Assembly: GCA_040752415.1 (NCBI GenBank)
Contig: JBFMGU010000057.1
Coordinates: 1-47,094, forward strand
DNA: 47,094 bases
Source of the DNA: Myxococcota bacterium
Lineage (GTDB): Bacteria > Myxococcota > JACRCW01
Direction of reading: 5' to 3'
Of this stretch, positions 1-10,270 are shown piece after piece. The number at the start of each line of letters is the position of its first letter. The stretch's first letter is position 1. The translations under genes were made by a program, and so were the position numbers. The notes under the pieces were generated by a model. It saw nothing but the letters and a program-made list of their open reading frames with translations. It did not search any database and was not told the origin of the DNA.

Positions 1-170
1 ACCGCGGCCGGTTCCTGCGGCGCACCCGCCGGCGGCGTGTCCGAAGGCGGTGGCGCGCCTTCCGTCGGCGCGGGCTGCGGCGCGGGAGCCGCGTCCTGCG
101 CGTGGGCCAGGGTCGAGGACAGCGCCATCAGTGCAGAGAGTCCGACGGAGAAGAGGATTCGGGTGGACAT
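1..170 (-). CDS. Secreted protein, 5' part only (runs off the window start)
   Basis: The reverse strand reads MSTRILFSVGLSALMALSSTLAHA-QDAAPAPQPAPTEG...: a Sec signal peptide with an AHA cleavage site, then a Pro/Ala-rich linker. Not in the ORF track because it is truncated. Confidence 0.7.
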   Translation of the reverse strand, partial: MSTRILFSVGLSALMALSSTLAHAQDAAPAPQPAPTEGAPPPSDTPPAGAPQEPAA

Positions 171-268
171 GGGACGGTGCTCTCGGAAACGCGCAGGACC
201 GCGCGGCGTTGAAGGTCGCGGACCATGGCACAACGTCCCGGCCGTGACAAAGGCCACGCCCGGGTTCG

Positions 269-1051
269 TCAGGCCGGGCTCCGTCGCCGACGCAGCTGCC
301 AGCCCACCGCCACCAGATAGACGGGCAGAAACACCAGGAACCAGGCGCGGTGAACGTTGAGCACGTAGGCGCGCACGGAAAACGTGGCGGCCCGCTCCTC
401 CCCCAGCAGCGCGCCCAGCACGCCACCCACCAGCGGCATCACCCCGGGGATCTTGTCCCAGTTCGTGTAACGCGCGCCGCCGGGCTGGTAGCGGATGGCC
501 CGCGCGTACACCTCGGGCACCTGCCGCACGTAGTACGCCCAGTTGTCCACCACCTCCCGACAACCCGCCAGCTGGCCATCCTCCCGTCGCCACGCCACGT
601 TGTGGTTGGGATCCATGCAGACCCAGCGCCCGCCCAGCTCCACCTCCACCGTCACGTGCTTGCCCGGCACCCCGTTGACGGTCATGGCCACCACCTTCAC
701 GTCGTGGCCACCCAGCTGCAGCGCGCGCGCATAGGTGAACGCGAAGCTGGCGCAGTTGCGCGGATCCGTGAGCTCGTCGCCGGCGGAGCGCGGGGTGAGG
801 AGGGCATGCGGCCCGGCGGGAAGCTTGAGGGACGCGGGCAGTCGCGCGGACACGTTGCGGTGCACGAACTCACGCAGTTGCAGGACGCGTTCCTCGTCGG
901 TGGACGCGCCCAGCGTGCCCCGTTCATACACCGCGCGCAGCAGCAGGTCCTCCCCGTGCGCGCGCAGCGCCATCACCAGCAACGCCACGAGGCTCAACGT
1001 GTGGAACGCCACCGTCGTCGGCACGCGCCAGCGGTCGGGGAGGAGCATCAC
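269..1051 (-). CDS. Transglutaminase-like (Cys-His-Asp triad) membrane protein
   Basis: Motifs RNCASFA, GKHVTVEV and WVCMDP in transglutaminase-superfamily order; hydrophobic helices at both termini. Confidence 0.75.
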   Translation of the reverse strand: MMLLPDRWRVPTTVAFHTLSLVALLVMALRAHGEDLLLRAVYERGTLGASTDEERVLQLREFVHRNVSARLPASLKLPAGPHALLTPRSAGDELTDPRNCASFAFTYARALQLGGHDVKVVAMTVNGVPGKHVTVEVELGGRWVCMDPNHNVAWRREDGQLAGCREVVDNWAYYVRQVPEVYARAIRYQPGGARYTNWDKIPGVMPLVGGVLGALLGEERAATFSVRAYVLNVHRAWFLVFLPVYLVAVGWQLRRRRSPA

Positions 1052-1063
1052 CGGGCCATCCCG

Positions 1064-2062
1064 CTAAGGCGCCACCACGGGCGCACGCTCCACACCGGAT
1101 CCCATCGACGAAGGGCGCCGCGTGAGGCCCGCCACGAGCTCCAGCACGCGTCGCGCTTCATGCGGGTGCAGATAGCAGACGTACAGGCTCATCATCACCG
1201 TCCCAAACAGCCCGATGTCCATCAGGATGGTGATGCCCAGGTGCATCCCGACGCCAATGAGCAGGAACAGCGGCCGCCAGTCATGGCGCGCCAGCAGTTG
1301 GCGGAGCCGGCCGCCGCGACTGGGATCTCGTCGGAGGTAGACGTTGATGGGCAGCAGGAAGAACAGGACCTCCCACCAGCTCACCACGAAGGTGGCCAGC
1401 TGCGTGAGGGGATAGATCACCGCGGCCCAGTCGCCGGGCCAGCGCGCGATGCCGGGGAGATTGAGCGCCAGGTACACCGCGCTCCACCCGTCCATGATCG
1501 ACCACGACGAGCCCAGCTTCACCACGCCCGTGCGCGTGTAGATGACGGCCAGCTGCGCCATGAACAGTCGACGTGGCCAGCGCGGGATGTCCTGCTGCCC
1601 CTTGCCGCGCCACCGCGCATCCAGGCTCCACGCCGCGCCCGCCGGTGCCAGGGCCATGAGGTAGAGGCAGACGCGGAAGACGTTGTCGCCGTCAAACCGG
1701 AACATCACCATCCGGTCGTAGAACGTCATCTGCAGCACCAGGCACAACACCGACGCCACGCGCGTGTACAGGCCCAGCGTGAGACACACCGCCGCCACCA
1801 GCTGCGCGCAGACCAGCGTGTAGACCCAGCCCGCCGTGAGCGGCACCACGCGGAACAGCGTGTAGGGATTGCGGTTGTACGCGAAGGTGAAGATGCCGCC
1901 GTGACCGATCTCCGCGTAGTACTCCAGCACGTTGCCGAAGATGAGCTGCTCCAACACGTTGGCGACGAGCGCCAGCCCGAAGGTGATGCGCAGCAGGGCC
2001 AGCGCGTCGGGAGCTTCGCGCTCATTCCAGAAGGCAACCCAGCGGGCCCAGCGTCCGTTCAT
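1064..2062 (-). CDS. HTTM-domain (SdpB / vitamin K-dependent carboxylase-like) membrane protein
   Basis: Multi-pass protein with WSLDA, WPRRL, IYTRTGVVKLGSSW..DG and HLGI...MDIGLF motifs typical of HTTM proteins. Start at 2062 (MNGRW) overlaps the upstream stop (ATGA). Confidence 0.85.
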   Translation of the reverse strand: MNGRWARWVAFWNEREAPDALALLRITFGLALVANVLEQLIFGNVLEYYAEIGHGGIFTFAYNRNPYTLFRVVPLTAGWVYTLVCAQLVAAVCLTLGLYTRVASVLCLVLQMTFYDRMVMFRFDGDNVFRVCLYLMALAPAGAAWSLDARWRGKGQQDIPRWPRRLFMAQLAVIYTRTGVVKLGSSWSIMDGWSAVYLALNLPGIARWPGDWAAVIYPLTQLATFVVSWWEVLFFLLPINVYLRRDPSRGGRLRQLLARHDWRPLFLLIGVGMHLGITILMDIGLFGTVMMSLYVCYLHPHEARRVLELVAGLTRRPSSMGSGVERAPVVAP

Positions 2063-2814
2063 GGCGCAATGTCCCGGACAAAGGTGGCCACGCCGTGCTT
2101 GGGCTTGCGGTCCATGACCCCGTCCTTCACCTCGTGGATGGGGGGCGTGCGGTACTGCGTGTAGCTGAGGCGGACCTTGTGCGCGGGGCGGTCGGGGTGC
2201 TGCGCGTTCCAGCGTCGAGCCCAGTATTCCGCGTATTGCTCGCGCTGTCGGTCCCATCCCACCAGGCCCAGGATCTCGTGCGTCTTGCGATGTCGGAAGT
2301 CCATGGCGTCGGAATCCGGCGTGCCCCACCGCAGGTCCATCACCGGCACGAAGTCCTTCTCCCCCCGCGGCAGCACCTCAATCACCATGATGCGCGGCAG
2401 TCGCGGTGGGGTGCCGCCAAACATGTTCCACGTCTGCGTGATGCCCGCCGCCTCCATGTACGGCTCGAACACCTTCCGGCCCGCGAAATAAATGCGCATC
2501 CAGAATCGGACGAGATCCAGGAGGTCCTTCTGCAGCTCGTCGGCGGTGGCGCGGACGGGGAAGACCTTGTGCAGCGTCCCGAAGAAGCGCCCCATCTCCT
2601 CCTTCACCTCCGGGAGCGCCAGGGTGCGGTCGTCGAAATAGGGCGGATAGGGGAGCACGTAGTAGACGGTGCTAAGCAGGTGAAAAGAGACGAAAAGCGC
2701 CACCAGGTGCGGACGCGCGCGTGCCCAACGTGACGACGTGGACGGCCGGGTAGCGGCAGGCGGCTCGGGCGGCGGTGGGAGGTCGTTGGCTTCGGCCTGG
2801 GGCAGCGCGCTCAT
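2059..2814 (-). CDS. Single-TM partner of the HTTM protein (SdpA/DUF5819-like)
   Basis: One N-terminal TM (LVALFVSFHLL) and a QTWNMF motif like the Q-x-W-x-[MLF]-F motif of HTTM partner proteins; ATGA overlaps with both neighbours. Confidence 0.65.
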   Translation of the reverse strand: MSALPQAEANDLPPPPEPPAATRPSTSSRWARARPHLVALFVSFHLLSTVYYVLPYPPYFDDRTLALPEVKEEMGRFFGTLHKVFPVRATADELQKDLLDLVRFWMRIYFAGRKVFEPYMEAAGITQTWNMFGGTPPRLPRIMVIEVLPRGEKDFVPVMDLRWGTPDSDAMDFRHRKTHEILGLVGWDRQREQYAEYWARRWNAQHPDRPAHKVRLSYTQYRTPPIHEVKDGVMDRKPKHGVATFVRDIAP

Positions 2815-3956
2815 GGCTTCAACCAGCGCTGCGGGTCCACGGGACGGCCCTTGGCACGCAGCTCGAAATACAGACGGGGACCGCGGAGGGACTCACTGTC
2901 GCCCACGAACGCTACCACGTCCCCTTCCTGCACCTCGTCCCCGGTCTGCACGGTGACGCGCGAAAGATGCGCCATCAGCGTGTGGAACCCGCCGCCGTGG
3001 TCCAGGATGATGATCTGCCCGAAGCCGCGCAGCCAGCCCGCGTGCACCACCCGCCCCGACGCCACCGCCACCACCTTCTGCCCCAGCGGCGCCACCACCG
3101 AGATGCCGCCATGTTGGGTGGTGACGCCGGTGGCCTCGTCGAGGCGCGGGCCAAAGGGGATGTCCACCTCGCCCGCGGTGGGCCAGGGCAGGTGTCCCTT
3201 CAGCGCGGCAAAGCCGGTGGCGGTGGGTGACGCGGGGAGGTCCTCCACCAGCTCGCCGAGTCGACGTCGGGCCGCCTTCAGCTCATCAATCCGACGCTGC
3301 GCCGCGCCGCGCTGGTTGCCCAGCTCCATCAACGTCTGCGCGCGCGCCGCACGGATGCTCGCCGCCGCCTTGCGGGCACGTTCCAGCTCGGCCCGGGAAG
3401 CCGTCAGCTCATCCCGACGTGCCAACAGCTCCCGCCGCTCCTGCAACAGCGCCGACCGACGACGATCCACCTCGCTGACCAGCGCCGCGTCGGAAGCGGC
3501 CACCCGACGGAGCAGCGCGCGACGCCAGATGAGGTCGGAGAGGGAGCGGCTGCCGAGCATGACCTGGATATCCGCCGCGGGCCCCAGCCGCATGAGCACG
3601 CGCAACCGTCGGGTGAGCTTGGCTTCCGCGGCCTCCAGCTCGCCGGTGAGTCGCGCGGCCTGCACCTCGGACTCCTTCATCTTCCGCTCGGCATTCACCG
3701 ACGCGGCGTCCAGGCGCGCGGCCTGCTCATCCATGCGCGCAATGGATTCATCCAGCTCACCCAGCGCGCGCGTGACGCTCTTCTCCTGCTTGATGATCTC
3801 GCGGAGCGCCGCCTCCTTCTCCTCCATCTGGTGGATGAGACGGCTCAGCTCGTCCTGCACCTCTTTCTCGTCGGAGACCGCGGGTCGCCCCACCTGGGCC
3901 GCGTGCGCAACCGGCAACGCCAGCAGCAGCAACGAGGTGAGGAGGCGCGCGCGCAT
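2811..3956 (-). CDS. envC: Murein hydrolase activator EnvC-like (coiled coil + degenerate M23/LytM)
   Basis: Signal peptide (MRARLL...AHA), long coiled coil, LPWP motif and a LytM domain with degenerate Zn ligands (HGGIS, PRLYFELR); directly downstream of ftsEX. Confidence 0.85.
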   Translation of the reverse strand: MRARLLTSLLLLALPVAHAAQVGRPAVSDEKEVQDELSRLIHQMEEKEAALREIIKQEKSVTRALGELDESIARMDEQAARLDAASVNAERKMKESEVQAARLTGELEAAEAKLTRRLRVLMRLGPAADIQVMLGSRSLSDLIWRRALLRRVAASDAALVSEVDRRRSALLQERRELLARRDELTASRAELERARKAAASIRAARAQTLMELGNQRGAAQRRIDELKAARRRLGELVEDLPASPTATGFAALKGHLPWPTAGEVDIPFGPRLDEATGVTTQHGGISVVAPLGQKVVAVASGRVVHAGWLRGFGQIIILDHGGGFHTLMAHLSRVTVQTGDEVQEGDVVAFVGDSESLRGPRLYFELRAKGRPVDPQRWLKP

Positions 3957-3958
3957 GG

Positions 3959-4867
3959 TCACACCTTCAGGAAGCGGCTCACGCCCACCAGACCGCCCAC
4001 CACGCCCAGCACCGCGCCCAGCAGCATCAGCCAACCCACCATCCACAACGGCGAGCCACCCAGGGAAACCGGCCCGAACGCCGCCGAGAGGACCTCCTCC
4101 ACCCGCCACGCCGCCAACTGGTGCACACCCACCAGCGTTCCCGACGCCAACGCCGCACCCAGCATGCCCTGCGCCGCGCCCTCGAGGAGGAATGGGAGAC
4201 GCACGAAGAGGTCGGACGCGCCCACCAGCTTCATGATGGCGATCTCTTCCCGTCGGGCGAGGACGGTAAGCTTCAGCGTGTTGCTGATGACCAGCACGGT
4301 GACGAGCGCAATGAGGCTGCCGAGCAACGCCGCGGCGAGTTGCAGGATGTTGACCACGGCGCTGAGGCGTCGCAGCTCCTCCTCACCCCAGGCCACCTCC
4401 TCGACGATCTCCTCGCCGCGCAGGGTCTCCGCCACGGCGGCACTGTCATCACGGGTGGCATCCGGGCTGAGCTCCACCTCGACGGCGGTGGGAATGACGC
4501 GGTCATCCATGCCCTCGAGGAGATCCGCGCGCGCGCCCAGCGCCATGCGCAGCCGGTCCCGGGCGTGCTCCCGCGTGATGATGCTGGCGCCCATGGCGCC
4601 GCGCAGGCGGGACGCGCGACCACGCAGCTTCTCCACCTCCTCGCCGGGGACGTCGGCGCGGAGGAAGGCGGTGACGGTGAGGTCGCGGCCCCAGGCGTCG
4701 GCCAGGCGGCTCACCTGGTGCACCATCACACCAAACGCGCCCAGCGCGGTGAGCGAGAGCGCGATGATCCCGACGGAGAGCGAATGCACCGCCGCGCCCT
4801 GGCTGAAGCCCACCATGGCGGACTTGAGGATGCTGACGGTCTGGTTGACGACGATGCGCAGCATCAC
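3959..4867 (-). CDS. ftsX: Cell division permease FtsX
   Basis: ISNTLKLTVLARREEIAIMKLVGAS..FVRLPFLLEG motif, 4 TMs, overlaps ftsE. Confidence 0.93.
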   Translation of the reverse strand: MMLRIVVNQTVSILKSAMVGFSQGAAVHSLSVGIIALSLTALGAFGVMVHQVSRLADAWGRDLTVTAFLRADVPGEEVEKLRGRASRLRGAMGASIITREHARDRLRMALGARADLLEGMDDRVIPTAVEVELSPDATRDDSAAVAETLRGEEIVEEVAWGEEELRRLSAVVNILQLAAALLGSLIALVTVLVISNTLKLTVLARREEIAIMKLVGASDLFVRLPFLLEGAAQGMLGAALASGTLVGVHQLAAWRVEEVLSAAFGPVSLGGSPLWMVGWLMLLGAVLGVVGGLVGVSRFLKV

Positions 4868-5529
4868 ACCCCCGCGCTGACCACGCGCCCGTTCTCCAGC
4901 GCAATCACGCGCCGACGGTAGCGTTCAAGGAGGGCCGGGTCGTGCGTGGCCACCACGACGGTGGTGCCGCGCGCATTGATGTCCGCGAGCAGGTTCATGA
5001 TGTCCACGGCGCGCTCGGGGTCCAGGTTGCCGGTGGGCTCGTCGGCCAGCAGCAGCACCGGGTCCCCGACGATGGCGCGCGCAATGGCCACGCGCTGCTG
5101 CTCACCACCGCTGAGTCGCTGCGGGAGGGAGGAACGCTTGTGCGCCAGTCCCACCCGACGGAGCGCCTCGAACACGCGCGGGCCGATCTCGGAGTGCGCC
5201 ATGCCCTGCACCTCCAGCGTCAGCGCCACGTTCTGCTCGGCGGTGCGCGTCTCGATGAGCTTGAAGTCCTGGAACACCACGCCAATGGCACGACGAAGCA
5301 CGGGGAGATGGCTCTGCGGGAGCTGGGCCACGTTCTTGCCGTGGATGAGCACCTGGCCGCGCGTGCACTGCTCCGCCAGGAACAGGAGCCTGAGCAGCGT
5401 GGTCTTGCCCGCGCCGGAGGGACCGGTGAGGAAGACGAACTCCCCCTTGTCGACGCGCAGGTTGACGTCGTCCAGCGCGGGGAGCTCCGCGCGGCCGTAG
5501 ACCTTGGAGACGTGGTAGAGCTCGATCAT
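4864..5529 (-). CDS. ftsE: Cell division ATP-binding protein FtsE
   Basis: GPSGAGKTT, VVFQDFKL, LSGGEQQRVAIARA, LLADEPTGNLD. Confidence 0.95.
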   Translation of the reverse strand: MIELYHVSKVYGRAELPALDDVNLRVDKGEFVFLTGPSGAGKTTLLRLLFLAEQCTRGQVLIHGKNVAQLPQSHLPVLRRAIGVVFQDFKLIETRTAEQNVALTLEVQGMAHSEIGPRVFEALRRVGLAHKRSSLPQRLSGGEQQRVAIARAIVGDPVLLLADEPTGNLDPERAVDIMNLLADINARGTTVVVATHDPALLERYRRRVIALENGRVVSAGV

Positions 5530-5544
5530 GCCTTCCGGCGGGGC

Positions 5545-5573
5545 ACGCTACCGTCGTGGCGGAGCCCCCTCAA
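5545..5573 (-). promoter_or_regulatory. Candidate sigma70-type promoter for the ftsE operon
   Basis: Minus strand TTGAGG-N17-TAGCGT, 15 bp upstream of the ftsE ATG. Confidence 0.35.
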
Positions 5574-5659
5574 CTTTGCAGCCCATCCTCCCGGTCACGA
5601 TCCCGCCAGTCCCTTGACAAGGGCCGCGTCTCCGTCGCTGTCTGGGGGTCCGGGCACCC

Positions 5660-7099
5660 ATGGACGCCTTCACCCTCCCCCGTCGCTGCGTCTGGCTCCT
5701 CCTCGCCGTGGCGACGTGGAGCGCGGGCTACTTCTACACCGGTGGCGGCGCTTCCCAGCAGGCCCACTACGGCACGGCGCGCGCGCTGGTGGACCACGGC
5801 ACGTTCCGGCTGGATGACTACCGCTTCATCGACGTCGACGTGGCGCGCTTTGAAGGCCACAAGCTCTCCAACAAGCCGCCCGGCTTTCCCATCCTCATGG
5901 CCCCCGCGGCGCTGGTTGGCGGCGTTGCCGGAAAGCTCTGGCCGGGACGTGAAGGCACCGCGCGACAGGTGGGCGCGTACGTCACGCAACTGCTCCTCAT
6001 GGGCGGGCTCTCCTTCGCGCTGCTGTTGATGCTCGCGCTGATTCTGTCGTCGTGGATGGCACCTGCCGCGGCCGCGTGTGTTGCCGCGTTGTGTTTCCTG
6101 GGCAGCTACCTGTGGCCCTTTGCCACCACGTTCTTCTCCCACGTGGGCACTGCCGCGTGCGGACTGCTGGCCGTGTTCATTCCGTGGCGCGCGCGCGGGC
6201 GTGAATTGTCGACGAGAGAAGCGGCGCTCACCGGGTTTGCGCTCGGCTATGGGCCGCTCATCGAATACGCCGCGGTGGTGGCGTTCCTGCCGATTGGGGT
6301 GTGGCTGCTGTGGCACGTACGCTCGTGGCGGGAACGTGCTGCGCTCGTCGGGGGAGCGCTGGTCCCGCTGCTCGTGCTGATGGCGTACCAGGCGTACTAC
6401 TTCGGCAGTCCCTTCGCGCTGTCCTATGCGCATTTGTCGACGGAGCACCAGGTGGCGGGTCACGCCAAGGGGTTCCTGGGCGCCTCGTGGCCACGCAAGG
6501 AGGAGCTGCGCGAGCTCACGTTCGGCACCTACCGCGGGCTCTTCAGCATCACGCCGGTCACGCTGGTGGGCGCGGTGGGGTTGGGCGTGCTCGCTCGTCG
6601 GGGGGAGTGGGCGGGGTATGCGCGTGCGGCTCTGTTGAGCGCGGCGGCCATGCTGCTGTTCATCAGCGGATACTGGGCGTGGCAGGGCGGCAGCTCCTTC
6701 GGTCCGCGACTGGTCCTTCCCATGGTGCCCTTCCTGCTCGTCGGCGTGGGGGTGCTGTGGCAGAGGTATGCGCCGGTTGTCGTCGGGGTGACGGTGCCCG
6801 CGTTCTTCTTCATGATCCTGGGACCCGCGGTGTGCATGATTCCGCACGCCAGCCACACGCCGGGCTACTACAACCTGGTGCGTTTCCTCGGCGACAAGTT
6901 CCTGCGCGGCCAGGTGCCCGCCTACGCCGACCCGATCTTCGGCGAGCACCTCCTCCCGCCGACGGAGAGGCCCACGCTGGGACTGGCGTGGAACCTGGGT
7001 CACGTCGTGGGGCTGCAGCACGAGTGGACGGTGGTGCCCTTCGTGGTGGTGATGACGGCGTTGGTGGTGCTGCTGTGGCGTGAGGCGCGACGCGCCTGA
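5660..7099 (+). CDS. Polytopic membrane protein, probable GT-C fold (ArnT/PMT-like) glycosyltransferase
   Basis: About 11-12 hydrophobic segments, NKPPG in the first large loop and a late GGSSFGPR motif, as in GT-C family proteins. Confidence 0.6.
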   Translation: MDAFTLPRRCVWLLLAVATWSAGYFYTGGGASQQAHYGTARALVDHGTFRLDDYRFIDVDVARFEGHKLSNKPPGFPILMAPAALVGGVAGKLWPGREGTARQVGAYVTQLLLMGGLSFALLLMLALILSSWMAPAAAACVAALCFLGSYLWPFATTFFSHVGTAACGLLAVFIPWRARGRELSTREAALTGFALGYGPLIEYAAVVAFLPIGVWLLWHVRSWRERAALVGGALVPLLVLMAYQAYYFGSPFALSYAHLSTEHQVAGHAKGFLGASWPRKEELRELTFGTYRGLFSITPVTLVGAVGLGVLARRGEWAGYARAALLSAAAMLLFISGYWAWQGGSSFGPRLVLPMVPFLLVGVGVLWQRYAPVVVGVTVPAFFFMILGPAVCMIPHASHTPGYYNLVRFLGDKFLRGQVPAYADPIFGEHLLPPTERPTLGLAWNLGHVVGLQHEWTVVPFVVVMTALVVLLWREARRA

Positions 7100-7143
7100 G
7101 TCCGCGTGTTGCGGCCATTTCCCGTGTGCTAAGCAGCGACGCC

Positions 7144-7820
7144 ATGCACAACACCGCCCTTGCCACCGCCCTGCTGCTCGCGGCCACGGCGCTTCCCACG
7201 CCCGCCGACGAGACGCCTCCGCCCGCCGCGCTCAACGGCACCGCAAGCCCGCGCCTGGCGCTCCCGATCACCGTGATCATCGACGAGAAGGCGTTCGAGA
7301 AGCCCACCCCGCTCCTGCCGCAGCAGGGTGGCGCGGCCAAGGGGACCTCCGAGGTGCCGGTCAATGCGCTGAGCCACTACTCGCTGCACGTGGCGCGTCG
7401 ACACTTCGAGGAGGCAGGGTGGGACGCCAAGGTGGGTGAGGGTCGAGAGGTGGTGATCAAGCAGGTGAAGCTGATGGTGACGCAGGGGCCAACCTACACC
7501 GCCAACGTCGACGTGGAGCGGCGCCAGGACGGCAAGCGGCTGGGCATGGCCACGGGAATCGGCTTTGCCGCGCCGGACCGCACCAATGACCGCATGGCGG
7601 CGGCGTTCGTGCCCGGCCCCTTCGGCATGGCCGCGGCCCACGACGCCAGCCGGCCCAAGGCCAAGCAGGACGCGGTGGTGATCGAGCAGGCGGTGCTGCG
7701 CGGCCTGGACAGCGCCATGATGCAGCTGGCGGCGTACTGGTCCGGCGAGCAGATGCAGGAGAAGTACATGAAGCAGGCCGCCGAGCAGATGAATCAGTCC
7801 AAGGGCAAGTCCAAGAAGAA

Positions 7821-7824
<4 letters not shown>
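7144..7824 (+). CDS. Hypothetical secreted protein
   Basis: Signal-peptide-like N-terminus (MHNTALATALLLAATA), typical codon bias, GTGA overlap with the next gene. Confidence 0.7.
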
Positions 7825-9298
<1,474 letters not shown>

Positions 9299-9302
<4 letters not shown>

Positions 9303-10267
9303 GCCAACCCGTCTTCATCCGTGAGAGTCTCGTCGAGAAGCACGTCACCGCCGCGGATGTGGTGCGCCACGTCGAGGACGCGGAGCGCGCGCGCGGCCAT
9401 GGCAACGCGTGGAACGAGCCGCGTCGTCGGGTGAAGGTGCCGGGCGGCGTGCTGCACCTGATGGGCGCGGCGTGGCCGGAGCGCGGACTGCTTGGCTACA
9501 AGGCGTACACCTCGTTCAAGGACGCGGTGCGCTTCCACGTGCACGGCTTCGACGTGAAGACCGGTGCTCCCGTCGCCGTGGCGGAAGCGGGTCGTCTGGG
9601 ACAGCTGCGTACCGGCGCCGCCACCGCGGTGGCCGTGAAGCACCTCGCCAACCCCGCCCCCGACGGAGGAAGCGTGGTGGCGCTGCTGGGCACGGGCTAC
9701 GTGGCGTGGGGGCAGCTCGAGTGCGTGCTCGCCGTGCGCGCCATCAAGGAGCTGCGCGTCTTCTCACGCACCGCGCAGAAGCGCGACGACTTCGTCCAAC
9801 GCGCGCGGACGCAGCTGGGCGTGAACGCCGTGGTCAGCGAGAGCGCGCAGACCGCGGTGAAGAGCGCTGACGTCGTCATCACGGCCACCACCAGTGCGCA
9901 GCCGGTGCTGGAGGGAGCGTGGCTCACGGAAGGGACCACCGTGTGCGCCGTGGGCGCCAACGCGCTCGTCCGACGGGAGATCGACGGGCAGGTGCTGGCG
10001 CGCGCGGCCGCCGTCGTCGTGGACAGCGTGGACCAGGCGCGACTGGAGAGCGGCGCGTTGATGCACGCGGTGGAGAGCGGGCGCTTCCACTGGGAGCAGG
10101 CGCTCGAGCTGGGCGGCGTGGCGGCGGGGAAGACCGGGGCGCGCAAAGCACGGAGTGACGTCGTGGTGTTCCTCAGTCACGGGCTGGCGCTCTGGGACAT
10201 TGCGAGCCTCGCCGCGGCGCTGGAGAAGGTCCCGCAGGACGGGTTGCCGCGCGCGTATCCCGCCTGA
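9299..10267 (+). CDS. Ornithine cyclodeaminase / mu-crystallin family protein
   Basis: LRTGAATAVA, GTGYVA Rossmann motif, ADVVITAT, AVGAN, SHGLALWD. Start MSQPV at 9299 overlaps the upstream stop (ATGA). Confidence 0.9.
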
Positions 10268-10270
10268 AGC

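Noticed and set aside
2811..3200. Degenerate M23 active site as a novelty
   Set aside because: Loss of Zn ligands is the expected hallmark of EnvC.
5611..5642. TTGACA promoter for the 5660 gene
   Set aside because: The -35 is perfect, but there is no acceptable -10 hexamer at 16-18 bp.
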